A stretch of 64,000 bases of DNA from Dehalococcoidia bacterium (GCA_965219085.1 OZ244720.1:800001-864000), one strand, 5' to 3'. Positions 11,701 through 21,069 are shown, numbered from the stretch's first letter. Notes: a model not told the origin generated them from the letters alone. Numbers and translations: made by a program.

Positions 11701-14332
11701 GGACGACCGCGTCGAGGAGCCGCCCCCGGTGAACTACCCACCGGAGTTCCCCGGCTCCACGGCGGAGCGCTCCATCGCCGAGAACGCGGCCGAGGGAACG
11801 CCTGTCGGCGACCCGGTCAGCGCCACCGATGCCAACGACGACACGCTGACCTACGCGCTCGCTGCGGACCCCTTCACGATCGACGACGATGGCCAGATCC
11901 GGGTCGCGCGGGGCGCGGCACTCAATCACGAGGCGGGAACCGTGTACTTCGTCACGGTGACCGCCACCGATCCCTCCAACGCATTAGCCATCATCTTCGT
12001 CAGCATCAGCCTCACGGACGTGAACGAGGCCCCGGAGGCTGTGGACGACTCGGGTACGACCGACGAGGACATGGAGCTGACCGTCGACGTCATCACGAAC
12101 GACGACGACCCCGACGAGGACGATCCCAACGACACCCTGACTGTCTCGGTGCGCACGCCGCCGGCCAACGGCGTCGCGGAGGTCAATGCTGCGACGAACG
12201 CCATCACCTACACGCCCAACGCCGACTACCACGGGGCGGACAGCTTCACCTACCGGGTGTTCGATGGCGCCCTCTACTCCGCCGCCGCCACGGTTAATGT
12301 CACCGTCCGGCCGGTGAACGACCGGCCCGAGTTTCCGGCAGCCACCGCCGAGCGTTCCGTCTCCGCTAGCGCCGGGGAAGGAGATACGGTCGGCGCTCCC
12401 GTCACGGCCACCGACGCCGACGACAGTGACACGCTCACGTACAGCCTCTTCGGGAGTGAGGCGCCCTTCTTCGACATCGATCTGTACAGCGGTCAGATCA
12501 CGGTTGGCGATGGCGTCACTTTCGAGATCGCGTCGAAGGACACGTACGAGGTCACTGTCACTGCCGAAGACCAAAACGGAGCCACGGCGAACGTCGCGGT
12601 GACCATCACCGTCACGGCCGGCCCCACCGGCGGCCCCGGCCCCACGGGCGGCGGCGGCGGGCCCTCCGGTCCCTCGCCCAGCGAGCTCGACTTCGAGTGG
12701 ACCGTGAAGCACGACATCGAGGCGCTCGCCGCCGCCAACGCGGCCGCCACCGGCGTCTGGTCCGACGGCGAGACGCTGTGGGTGGCCAACAACCCCGACG
12801 GCGCCGGCGACGGCGTCTACGCCTACGACCTCGAGACGGGCGAACGCGTCGAGGAGCGCGAGTTCGCGCTCGACGAGCGCAACCGCGCGCCGCGCGGCCT
12901 CTGGTCGGACGGCACGGTGATCTGGGTCTCCGACAGCGGCCGCGACAAGCTCTTCGCCCACGACCTCGCCACAGGCGAGCGCCTGGCCGCAGAGGACTTC
13001 GCACTGCACCCCGACAACGACGACCCACGCGGCATCTGGTCCGACGGCGAGACGATGTGGGTGCTGGATGGCCGCGACGACGCCCTCTTCGCCTACGACC
13101 TCGCCAGCGGCGAGCTGCTCGCCGAGTGCGCCCTCGACAGCGCCAACGGCGACCCCCGCGGCCTCTGGTCGGACGGCGTCACGATCTGGGTCTCCGACGA
13201 CGGCGCCAAGCGCCTCTTCGCCTACCGGCTGCCCCTCCTCCCGGAGGAAGCGGAGGACTCGGACGTGGAGGACGCCGATGCGGACGGGAAGGAGCTTGAG
13301 CGCGTCCGCGACGAGGAGTTCACGGAGCTGTCGAAGGCGAGCAACAACAGCCCGCGCGGCATCCGGTCCGACGGTGACGTGATGTACGTGGCGGACGCGA
13401 GCGACGACAAGGTCTACAGCTACAACATGCCCGACGCCATCGACGCGCGGCTGGCGTCGCTCACGGTGAGCGGCGTCGACATCGGCGAGTTCCTGCCCGG
13501 CCGCGAGGAGTACGACGGCGTCGCCGACGAGGGCGTGACGGCGACGACGGTCGAGGCCGAGGCCATGCAGCGCCGCACCACCGTCGTCATCGAGCCGCCC
13601 GACGCCGACGACAACGAGGCGAACGGCCACCAGGTGGCGCTCGAGGGAGTCGAGGCGATCACCGTCACCGTCACCTCGGCCGACGACAGCCGCACGAAGA
13701 CCTACCGCGTGCGCTTCCCCGAGACGGGCTGGGACCCGGCCCGCGATCCCTGGCCACACTGCCTGCGCGGCGCCGTCTCCGAGGGCTTCAGCCTCGTCGT
13801 CTTCGCGGGCGGCAGCGTCGACGACCTCTCCGCCTGCGCGGAGCGCCGGGACGTCGTGGCCTTCTACGCCCTGCACGAGGGCGTCTACGTCTCCTACCTC
13901 CTCGTCGCGCCTGACTTCGTGAACGAGCCGTTCCGCGAGCTGTTCGCCGATGGCCTGCCCTCCATCACGCCGCTGCTCGCCGGAAGCAACGGACCGCCCT
14001 CGGCGGACCCCTTCGGCGGCGACCTTGAAGCCGCCGGGCAGCCGTGGCCGCAGTGCCTGCGCGGCGAGATCGCCCCCGGCTTCAGCCTCGTCGTCTTCGA
14101 GGGCGGCAGCGTTGAGGATCTCGTAGCCTGCGCGGAGAGCCGCCACGTCACGGCCGTCTATGTCCTTGTCGGCGGCGAGTGGGTGTCCTACCTCCTCGGG
14201 GCGCCGGAGTTCGCGAACCTCGAGTTCAGGGAGCTGTTCCCCGACGGCCTGCCCTCCATCACGCCACTGGTTGTCAAGAGCGACGGGGCATCTGCAGGCG
14301 ACGCGGACCGCGATGGCTCGGCAAGCAATTGA
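5696..14332 (+). CDS. Giant surface protein 2: beta-propeller repeats, HExxH domain, FN3, beta-sandwich, Spondin_N, multiple cadherin/Ig repeats, shared C-terminal module
   Basis: 2878-aa ORF. Signal peptide LALLVAAAVLTLLALPWVAHA; the true start is probably downstream of 5696, which overlaps the promoter motif. Motifs VHELGH and spondin HFSRLVGAVH...MIAPSPDWFVG...WDAGTE. Confidence 0.9.
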   Translation: MSLTHIMRVRSNSAPSKAARHASRPTRQRPGLATGGTPPEVLQVLPTQPPAVLHDPRCQPGRRAALARTGFLRLALLVAAAVLTLLALPWVAHAEGDGAASSASPDVRSSARNVTAIALASTSPTTATATVTVSAAGTFHLRFSLKDEDQWQTAAPAIASAAEDLTFSLTGLVANAYFDVQVSEDSTFGTGVESITFQNRPADLDFALAESDIPTGIAGDASTLWIAFDGFTAEGNHFGIPTKLLAYKRLPEAERGNRDEDKDITPTTGHNLPGGLWSDGTHLYAVDQSQFRVYVYKLSDGSRAASREFAFPGDHSNAKGIWANRDTFWVVAPRHSAYAYKRTPASQYGDRDTAKDITLHEDGSYALRGLWSDGDTIWAVDGVDRKVHAFDLRHGLPLPELSVPLARAHSAVGAPSWGASGMWGDGEHLWILDANRGDRNGSTVFVYYQPRLDPSVSALSVISATDTALTIRADMIYPDPSRTVYLRYREPFGDTWSTTSGTGGRTIDFTISGPPAAPTLVVQASLDSTFSDGTEATAELLVRPAQHDFALTRGTGQVRGIWTDGATLWAVHDTHDGGRVDAYNLSTKAYDASRSFALASGNTAPRGVYANSSNMWVVDEQDKVWAYALSGSSFGSVDSTRTFEIATESGHPRGAWSNDTTLWVAGHVRERVLAYNIASTGTLGARDTAKEGALATSYAQPRGMWSDGTTLWVVDDSLDRVYAYALADTGVGARKPLREINLVRENPAPWGIASSGNILYVADEVKARVYAYMLPAAPSGDITNVAFDQVGRTTASITVTINNPDASEQTVALKYRALPDGAAQEVSETTSGTSVTFDLTGLTTDTLHALRVSLGTAGALHTPGFKTQSEKEQRGHYLNEEVVSVLEGDYPWLGELYEHMRRLSLDIRPLSDTKVFLDCETSRIEQLAGCAVVGINMGKRHASDTGVYVHELGHVYNAGSRYMGEDSEGRGIAWLYFADLAEGGTDCFVHELFAAAVEFYTMKQSNQAYYPDCSNTDDSPSEATLDLTESIVTKGIPTWFDTTYADDTVPYDTSTDPKYDKKYDLEQVWTDVKSVGKWDHAAVFALRNAFGGYCDRDRTREAALRDAPTRNPWRAGGCVPQAPEAVTLAPNGHVTWQAPPYDGGEYITAYLVEWKGRNEEYDPSRSAEITHVFGTLAYQTPSTEHGSSVRVSARNFNGSGEAAEDVQPIVAPGAPAVSLTAGDEELTARWSAPASDGGAAITSYDLRSIRNDAADKADDKWTEVIGAWTSGDLEHTVSGLSNGTQYDVEVRAVNRIGAGEWSTTQTGTPLSADATLQALSLSGARLSPAFASEDTSYTASVGYTVTQITVTATKNDAGADTTLVRPSDADSNVAGYQVNLSVGRNDIAISVRAANGSTRIYTVTVTRTRQDTSLTPAARDPVAPFPSEAVYTVTFQGAWTTVATPEGVPSNAHFSRLVGAVHSAAATFLRSGSAATDGVEVMAEEGQTANLQTEVQTAITATTARSILDGGTGSIGPTLSDTLRPTLSTAYPRVTLVTMIAPSPDWFVGVSGLPLLSSSGRWLRSHTLNLYPWDAGTEEGTGFSTSNSETDPPESITSIRGTGKFSTDPIATLSFALQSVSTTRTVVENTPPGGNIGLPVTATATDGAVTYTLGGADAASFAIVASRGQLRTKEALDYESRDNYVVEVTATDASGSAVTTVTVTVTDMNEPPQITPADDIAVDENYDGTLAAFSARDPENEPGLTYTWSLAGTDTGEFNLSEAGVLAFKHIPDADNPADSGRDNVYDITVRALDSAGMRGSIDITVTVRPVNEPPVISPPAIITTPGTLDYAENDTRAIVFTARDPEGGAIIWRPLGGADGDRFTLVTGTLRFAATPDYEAPLDAGRDNTYNVTIGASDAVEDASYTLTVRVTNREEPGTLSLSSEQPLVGTVLTATLADPDRVRSESWTWERSLNLPTWSEIDGATSERYTPVADDLYHYLRVTVDYTDGHGPDKRIQKRADDRVEEPPPVNYPPEFPGSTAERSIAENAAEGTPVGDPVSATDANDDTLTYALAADPFTIDDDGQIRVARGAALNHEAGTVYFVTVTATDPSNALAIIFVSISLTDVNEAPEAVDDSGTTDEDMELTVDVITNDDDPDEDDPNDTLTVSVRTPPANGVAEVNAATNAITYTPNADYHGADSFTYRVFDGALYSAAATVNVTVRPVNDRPEFPAATAERSVSASAGEGDTVGAPVTATDADDSDTLTYSLFGSEAPFFDIDLYSGQITVGDGVTFEIASKDTYEVTVTAEDQNGATANVAVTITVTAGPTGGPGPTGGGGGPSGPSPSELDFEWTVKHDIEALAAANAAATGVWSDGETLWVANNPDGAGDGVYAYDLETGERVEEREFALDERNRAPRGLWSDGTVIWVSDSGRDKLFAHDLATGERLAAEDFALHPDNDDPRGIWSDGETMWVLDGRDDALFAYDLASGELLAECALDSANGDPRGLWSDGVTIWVSDDGAKRLFAYRLPLLPEEAEDSDVEDADADGKELERVRDEEFTELSKASNNSPRGIRSDGDVMYVADASDDKVYSYNMPDAIDARLASLTVSGVDIGEFLPGREEYDGVADEGVTATTVEAEAMQRRTTVVIEPPDADDNEANGHQVALEGVEAITVTVTSADDSRTKTYRVRFPETGWDPARDPWPHCLRGAVSEGFSLVVFAGGSVDDLSACAERRDVVAFYALHEGVYVSYLLVAPDFVNEPFRELFADGLPSITPLLAGSNGPPSADPFGGDLEAAGQPWPQCLRGEIAPGFSLVVFEGGSVEDLVACAESRHVTAVYVLVGGEWVSYLLGAPEFANLEFRELFPDGLPSITPLVVKSDGASAGDADRDGSASN
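12635..14332 (+). repeat. Shared C-terminal module, copy 2 of 3
   Basis: Near-identical to 3735-5395 and 32942-34633. Confidence 0.95.
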
Positions 14333-14446
14333 GCGTCTCAGATCGAGGTCGCCCGGCGGAAGGTTGACGCTACGGCTGGTGGCGCGCCTCGAAGCAACAG
14401 GCGCTGTTCGACCTCGTCGTCGCCGAGTGGCCGCAGGAGGGGGTCC

Positions 14447-15880
14447 GTGACACAAGCAGACTTCAACGAAGCAGCCTGGATCGAGCGCCTGGGAGCCGCC
14501 CTGGAACACGTGGCTGCGGAGGCACGCCCGTCTTACGCTTACGCCCCGCTCCCACCTGAGATGCCCCAGTCCCGTTCGACTGACGAGTATTGGTCAGTTC
14601 TCCATCGCGGATACCGCGACCTCGCGGCACGGGCTAAGCACGATGCGAGCGCCCTCAGGCAGTTCAATGACTCGTTCCTCTGGCTTGATACGGATCCCAC
14701 GGAGGCGAGTGCCGTCCTGCGGGAGCATCCGCTTCTGAAGCCGGGGTTGGCGGGCTCGGGCAAGAACGAACGGGTCCGTCTGACGGTTCTCAACAGGCGG
14801 TTTGGCTCGGACGTGAAGGGGCTCGTGGCGTGTCTTGCAAGACTCTCCGTCAAGGAGGGAGGCGCGGAAGCCGCTCGGCGCCTGCACCGCTACCTGACCG
14901 CCGGGGCGAGTGGGACCCTCCCGGCCTACGAGATAGCGGTCGTTCACGGACTGGTCGTGAAAGAGCGCTTCAACCTGGACGCAGGCGCCTACCTCGCCCC
15001 GTACGAAGACGCCAGAGCGGAGTTCGGCCTGCCTGAAGAATCTGAGCCGCTGTCGAAGAGGGGCTTCCCAGCCGCGGCCGTGCTCGTGCGCAGCCTTGAG
15101 TACGGACCGGGCGTCGCGCCACCCGACGATGATGATGCCGACCTGGCCGCTGTGCGGATCGCCTACCGCTTCCCTGCCGCCTACCGGGTGGACCTTGAGA
15201 GCTGGTTCGAAGGCAGCAAGCGGCTCCTCGATCTACTCTCAATCGCCAGGGGGGTTCCACTGCTGTCCCGCACGCACTACGTCCGCGTGGCCGGATGGAT
15301 CGAGGAGATCCACCCCAGCTTCGCGTTCGGCACTGAGCACTCCAGTGGCTTCGTCTCCGACGTGCGGCCGCGAGGCCGCGACTTCTCCAGGGGCGATGCT
15401 GATGCCTTTCTGGAGCTCGCCCGCGGCTGGCATGCCTTCCCGGGCAGACCGGACGCCATGAACCTCGCGATCCGCCGGCTGGCTGCTTCGTTCTCTCGTC
15501 CCGGCGGCCGATTTGGGCAGGAAGACCGTATGCTCGATGTCGCCATCGCACTGGAGGTGTTCTACGGAGGGGCGACCGGCCACAAGCTTGCACAGCGCGC
15601 TGCCGGACTTCTTGAAGCGGGAGCCTCCGCACAGAAGCGGACATACGATCAGGCGACGAGCTTCTACCGCGTGCGGTCGAGCATCGTACACTTGAGGAAG
15701 CAGCTACCTTCACCTGACGTTCTGGGCACGGAACTCGAGGCAGGGCGTGATCTAGCCTGCCGTACACTCGCGAGCTTGCTGAGCCGCGCCGAGCGCCCGA
15801 AGTGGGCAGCTGTGGTGAGAAGCCTGCTACCCGAGACGAGAGCGCACATCGAGGCGGTGAGGAGCCTGAGCGCCAAGTAG
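14447..15880 (+). CDS. HEPN domain protein (ApeA-like C-terminal HEPN)
   Basis: 477-aa ORF with DRMLDVAIALEVFY, KLAQRAA and the RxxxxH motif YRVRSSIVH; RBS-like GGAGG upstream. Confidence 0.7.
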   Translation: MTQADFNEAAWIERLGAALEHVAAEARPSYAYAPLPPEMPQSRSTDEYWSVLHRGYRDLAARAKHDASALRQFNDSFLWLDTDPTEASAVLREHPLLKPGLAGSGKNERVRLTVLNRRFGSDVKGLVACLARLSVKEGGAEAARRLHRYLTAGASGTLPAYEIAVVHGLVVKERFNLDAGAYLAPYEDARAEFGLPEESEPLSKRGFPAAAVLVRSLEYGPGVAPPDDDDADLAAVRIAYRFPAAYRVDLESWFEGSKRLLDLLSIARGVPLLSRTHYVRVAGWIEEIHPSFAFGTEHSSGFVSDVRPRGRDFSRGDADAFLELARGWHAFPGRPDAMNLAIRRLAASFSRPGGRFGQEDRMLDVAIALEVFYGGATGHKLAQRAAGLLEAGASAQKRTYDQATSFYRVRSSIVHLRKQLPSPDVLGTELEAGRDLACRTLASLLSRAERPKWAAVVRSLLPETRAHIEAVRSLSAK

Positions 15881-16268
15881 CGCGCCGCCAGCGCCGAGTC
15901 CGAGTTGCAACGGCGCAGACATCGTCAGATCGAAACCGCCCCTGAGAAAGTACGTGGAGGCACCAGCACATACCACATCGCGAACCTTCGTTCTGGTGCT
16001 CTAGTCGGCGCCGCAGTGCTGGCACAAGGCGTCGAATCGCGGAGCCTTAGCCAGCATCCTGGCATGGATGCCCCGAGCGCTGTTGACACCCAACGGGGGC
16101 TGAGTTACCGGTATTCCAATCGACACCAAGAGCTGTGCTACTCGTGGGCCGTGAACCTGTCGGCCCCCGCTGAGGGCCGCATCACCTTTCGCCAAGCGAA
16201 GCTTCAGGGGAACAGCTACCTATCGCATGGTCTCCTTGCCCGTTCACGCCATGGCCCATCCCTGGGAG

Positions 16269-16430
16269 AGTCTGCAGCCCGGGACTGCTCGCGGCGCGCG
16301 GGCGGCCCGCGAGCGCGGCCGGGCTGGAGGGCTGGCCCCCGCTCTACGACCTGGGCTGGGACAGCGATTGGGCGTACTGGTCGGCCTGCCAGAACGGGCC
16401 CGCGCCTGACCTCGCCGCCATCGGCCGACC
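16269..16430 (+). pseudogene. Internal fragment of a LysR substrate-binding domain, paralogous to 53013..53942
   Basis: Encodes VCSPGLLAARGRPASAAGLEGWPPLYDLGWDSDWAYWSACQNGPAPDL, closely matching nt 53532-53677; truncated by the IS end. Confidence 0.85.
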
Positions 16431-16432
16431 CG

Positions 16433-18063
16433 TGTTCCGATTGTCGACGAGCAGCGATTTTGTCAGTGCAAGAGAGCAGCGACTTTGTCAGTGCCGCCGC
16501 TTCCGTCGGAGGGTGCCGCAGCGCCGTTCCGGCGTCCAGGCACGCCGTTGGCCCGCACGTAGCTGCTCACGGTGTCGCGGGAGATCCCGAGCAGCCTGGC
16601 GGTCGCCCGCATCGAGAGCCCCTGCAGCTGCGCCTGCTGGATCGCCTTCCAGCGCGCGAGCTGCCTGGGAGTGGGAGCGCGGAGCTGCTTGCTCCCGGTC
16701 TCGGGTCTGCTGGTAGCACCGTTGCTCGCCACCTTCACCGCCGCGGTGGCAGCGGGGAGCCGCCGGGGTGCGCCTCCGGAGCCGAGCCCGGAGGCGATGC
16801 GCTCGTGGTCGGGGTTCCGGGCCAGCTCGGAGCGCGCCGCCCTCAGCACCCCGGCGCGCGGCGGCGCCTCGCGCGAACGGATCGTCTCCCCCTGGTGCAG
16901 GACGGAGAGCTCGCCGCCCGGCCGTTCCACCACCTCGACCTTCGCCCCGGCGTAGCTGGTCCGCTCGGGCCCGGGCAGCAGCTGGAGCGTGCGCCAGCGG
17001 TACTTGACCGTGTTGTCGCGGGCGACGCTGCGGGGGTGCCGGAAGCTGAGGATGGAGGCGAGCGGGAGCGCGGGGTCGAGCGGGCGGTAGGCCACCGCGG
17101 GCTCGGCTGCCGGGACCCGGAAGCGGGCGTTGAAGCGCGGCAGGAAGCGCTCGAGCACGGTCTGGGCCTCGGCGATGGTGGAGGCCGAGGCGTCGCTGAG
17201 TTCGGTCACCAGGCGATCCTGGAACGTCCCTGCGGCACGTTCAACGCGGCCCTTGGCCTGCGGTGAGCGGGCGAAGATCTGGGTGACCCCGAGTTCCCGC
17301 ATCGCCCGTGCGAATTGGGTTGCGACCTTCAGGCCCCGCCGTCCGTCGGAGGAGGCTTTGAAGACGCCGTGGCGGTCGCTGTAGAGGGCGAGCGGGATGC
17401 CGCAGCGCCGGACGATCTCCTCCAGCAACAGGAAGTAGCCGCGCGCGTCCTCGACGGGGCGGAAGAGGGCGTGCACGGCTGCGCCGGTCGCATCGTCAAC
17501 GGCGAGCAGGAGGGCGAAGCGCGGGCCGCGCTGCTCGAGCCAGGCGTGGTGGCTGCCGTCGACCTGGAGCAGCATCCCCTCGCGGGGCATCCGCTCACGC
17601 CGGACACGGTGCTCGGGCGGCCGGCGCCGGCGGGGACTCGCGATGCCGGCCCGCGCCAGGATCCGGCGGACGGTCCAACTGCTCACGTCCAGACCCTCGT
17701 GCTCCCAGAGCAACTCGGCGAGGTGGGTGTGGTTCGCTCCCGGGTAGCGGGTGCTGGCGAAGCGCACCACGGCCGAGGCGACATCGGCCGGGACGGCGTT
17801 GTGCGGACGGCGCCCGCGGTTGCCGTGCCCCAGCGCGGCGGTTCCGCGCGCACGCTAGGCGGCGAGGAGCCGCCACGCGTGTCGCTCGCTGATGCCCAGG
17901 ATCTCGGCGGCCTGCGAGGCCTGCAGATCTCCGGCCATCACCCCTTCGAGTACGTAGCGTCGTGCTTCTTCGGACTGCTTCACTGTCACCCCCCTGCTCG
18001 CTGGCCGGGGACTGACAGAATCGCTGCTCCGTTAACTACTGACCGAATCGCTGCTCAACGACA
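16433..18063 (-). mobile_element. ISNCY/IS1202-like insertion sequence
   Basis: TGT-initiated ends with internal repeats GCAGCGATTTTGTCAGT (16451, 16476) and inverted ACTGACAGAATCGCTGC (18011, 18038); DDE transposase inside. Confidence 0.8.
16463..17983 (-). pseudogene. ISNCY/IS1202-family transposase with in-frame amber stop
   Basis: N-terminal HTH MKQSEEARRYVL...AAEILGISERHAWRLLAA*RARG (TAG at 17855-17857), then rve core LLQVDGSHH...VDDATG...YSDRHG...PQAKGRVER. Confidence 0.85.
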
Positions 18064-18170
18064 GTGCGATCGCTCTAAAACCCGACCGCTGATCGGTCTA
18101 AAACTCGGCCACTCCAGGGCATGGCCCACCCTTGTGTCGGCGGGAGCCGCACGAGGTTGGGAGGAAGGGG

Positions 18171-19631
18171 ATGCTCGGAGTGCAGGACATCTACGCGCTG
18201 CGGCACAAGGTCTTCGTCGAGGGCAAGAGCCAGCGCCGGGTGGCGCGCGAGATGGGGCTCGCGCGCGACACGGTGCGGCGCTACCTCGCGACGCCGCTGC
18301 CGGAGCCGCGGAAGCGCAAGCGGCCGCGGCCGGTGCTGGAGCAGGTGCGGCCGCGGCTGGAGCAGTTGGTCGAGGAGTGGTCGGAGCGCACCACGGCGAA
18401 GCAGCGCATCACGGGCCGGAGGCTGCAGCGGGCGCTGCGCGAGGAGGGCTACGAGATCGGGCTGACGCTCGTGCTCGAGTATCTGCGCGAGTGGCGCCGC
18501 ACGCGCGCCGAGGTCTACGTGCCGCTGGTCCACCGCCCGGGCGAGAGCGCGCAGGCCGACTTCTTCGAGGTCAGCGTCGAGCTCGCCGGCGAGCGGCGCA
18601 AGGCCTGGCTCTTCCTGATGCGGCTGATGCACTCGGGGCGGGACTTCGTCCGGCTCTACGAGCGCCAGGACCAGCTCGCCTTCCTCGACGGCCACGTGCG
18701 GGCCTTCGCCCACTTCGGCGGGGCGCCCCGGCGCACGGTCTACGACAACCTCTCCGCCGCGGTGCGGCGGGTGCAGTTCCCGCGCCGCGCCCTGAGCGAG
18801 CGCTTCGCGGCGCTCGCCAGCCACTATGGCGTCGAGCCCTGCTTCGCGCGCCCCGGCGAGGGGCACGACAAGGGTGGCGTGGAGTCCCGCGGCAGGGGCG
18901 TGCGGCTGCAGGTGCTCACGCCGATCCCCCGCGGCGACTCGCTCCCCGAGCTCTCGGAGCAGATGCAGGGGGAGGTCGACCGCCTCGCGCCCGAGCGGGT
19001 CTGGGAGCGCTTCGCTAGCGAGCAGGGGGCGCTGCGGCCCCTGCCGGATGTGGCGTTCGAGGCACGGCGGCTGCAGCCGGTCTCGGTCAGCCGCAGCGCG
19101 CTGGTGCGCGTCGAGGGCGCCTGATACTCGGTGCCGGAGCGCTGGGCGGGGCTCTCGGTCACGGCCTGGCTGGGCGTGGAGGAGGTGACGCTCAGCCTCG
19201 GGACGGAGCGGGTGAGCCATCCCCGGCAGCGCTTCGGCGGCCGGCGGGTGAGCTACCGCCACTACCTCGGCGAGCTCTCGCGCAAGCCACAGGCGCTCAG
19301 GCAGGTGGCGCCGGAGCTGCTCGCGGAGCTGGGCGAGCCCTACGGACGGCTCTGGGCGCTGCTGGAGGGCGAGCGCGGCGGCCACGAGGCCGCTCGCGCG
19401 CTGGCGCGGCTGCTGCGGGCGCCGGCGGAGCACGGCGAGGAGCGCGTGCGCGCGGCGCTCGAGGCCTGCCTCGCAGGCGACGGGCGCTTCGACGAACTGG
19501 CCTTCCGCCGCTCGCTGGCCGGGGCCCGGGAGCGACGCGAGGTGGTGGTGCCCGAGGCGCTGCGCGGCTACGCGGTCGAGCACGCCTCGGCGCGTGACTA
19601 CGACCGCCTGCTCCCGGGCGGTGCGCTGTGA
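18171..19631 (+). pseudogene. istA: IS21 transposase IstA with in-frame TGA at 19122-19124
   Basis: HTH, PGESAQADF, YDNL, KGGVE motifs; VEGA*YSVP continues in frame to 19631. Confidence 0.88.
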
Positions 19632-20377
19632 GCGAGGCGGCGCGCACCGCCGTGCTCGAGGCGCACTGCCGCGAGCTGAAGCTGCCTACCGTGCGCCGCT
19701 CCTACCCGGAGCTTGTGCGCGAGGCGACGCAGCACGGCTGGGACTACGAGGAGTTCCTCGTGCAGTTGCTCGAGGCCGAGGTGCTGGCGCGACGCGACGG
19801 CGCCGTGGCGCGCCTGCTGCGCCAGGCGCGCTTCCCCGACGTCAAGACCTTCGAGCAGCTCGACTGGGAGGCGCTGCGGGGAGTCGAGCGCCCGCAGCTC
19901 GCCCAGCTCGCGACCTGCGCGTACATCGAGCGCGCCGAGGACGTCGTGATCGCCGGGCCGATCGGCACCGGCAAGACGCACCTCGCGATCGCGCTCGGAG
20001 TGGAGGCCGCGCGCCGTCGCCACCGCGTCGCGTTCGTGCGCGCGGCCGACCTCGTGCGCGAGCTGGTCGAGGCGCGCGACGAGCTCACGCTCTCCAGACT
20101 GCACCAGCGCTACCAGCGGGTCGCGCTGCTGATCGTCGACGAGCTCGGCTTCGTGCCCTTCGAGCGCACCGGCGGTGAGCTGATCTTCAACCTCCTCGCC
20201 GACCGCTACGAGCGGCGCTCGACGATCGTCACCACCAACCTCGCCTTCAGCGAGTGGGTGCAGGTCTTCGGCGACGAGAAGCTCACCACGGCGCTGCTCG
20301 ACCGCCTCGGGCACCACGCCCAGATCCTCACCACGCGCGGCCAGTCCTACCGGACCCGTCACAGAACACAGACCTGA
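19628..20377 (+). CDS. istB: IS21 helper ATPase IstB
   Basis: Walker A GPIGTGKT, Walker [24 protein letters not shown]. Confidence 0.95.
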   Translation: MSEAARTAVLEAHCRELKLPTVRRSYPELVREATQHGWDYEEFLVQLLEAEVLARRDGAVARLLRQARFPDVKTFEQLDWEALRGVERPQLAQLATCAYIERAEDVVIAGPIGTGKTHLAIALGVEAARRRHRVAFVRAADLVRELVEARDELTLSRLHQRYQRVALLIVDELGFVPFERTGGELIFNLLADRYERRSTIVTTNLAFSEWVQVFGDEKLTTALLDRLGHHAQILTTRGQSYRTRHRTQT

Positions 20378-20484
20378 CCTGATCAACGAAGGACTCAGCA
20401 CCAAGAACGTCAGCAGGGATCGTGGCGCCGGAGTGGATCACCATCCGGCCGCTGACCTGGATCACTATCCGAACGCTGTTGACA

Positions 20485-20909
20485 GCCGGCGCCGGCGGGG
20501 ACTCGCGATGCCGGCCCGCGCCAGGATCCGGCGGACGGTCCAACTGCTCACGTCCAGACCCTCGTGCTCCCAGAGCAACTCGGCGAGGTGGGTGTGGTTC
20601 GCTCCCGGGTAGCGGGTGCTGGCGAAGCGCACCACGGCCGAGGCGACATCGGCCGGGACGGCGTTGTGCGGACGGCGCCCGCGGTTGCCGTGCCCCAGCG
20701 CGGCGGTTCCGCGCGCACGCTAGGCGGCGAGGAGCCGCCACGCGTGTCGCTCGCTGATGCCCAGGATCTCGGCGGCCTGCGAGGCCTGCAGATCTCCGGC
20801 CATCACCCCTTCGAGTACGTAGCGTCGTGCTTCTTCGGACTGCTGCACCTGTCACCCCCTGCTCGCTGCTGGGGACTGACAGAATCGCTGCACGTCGACA
20901 ATCGCAACA
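20485..20909 (-). mobile_element. Truncated second copy of the IS1202-like element (5' end)
   Basis: Near-identical duplicate of ~17620-18027 including the same amber codon; its end is an inverted repeat of 16432-16466. Confidence 0.85.
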
Positions 20910-21069
20910 CTTCCCTTGGATTTGCCGCCCGGCGCGTCCTGTAGGGGCCTTTCCCCTTGACCTGCCTGTGTTTTCGGGGACTTCCGTCTCTCGGAACTCA
21001 CGTCTATCCCCTGTACACGCCCATGACACCCGTCGGGCCAGCCCGAGGCCGGATCCGACGAATTGCCAC

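Larger units (their letters stand above)
18065..20484 (+). mobile_element. IS21-family element (istA-istB)
   Basis: TG...CA termini with subterminal repeats; istA and istB overlap by 4 nt. Confidence 0.85.

Noticed and set aside
11984-14509. Long antisense ORFs (also 755-2425, 3131-5260, 32711-34684, 43239-46301)
   Set aside because: Shadow frames of high-GC genes with no recognisable motifs.
15905-16260. Lower-GC segment read as part of a 453-aa ORF
   Set aside because: The ORF runs antisense into the transposase and has no recognisable motif; left unannotated.
19122-19124. Selenocysteine or genetic-code reassignment
   Set aside because: The position is not a Cys site, TGA terminates many genes here, and no supporting machinery is visible.
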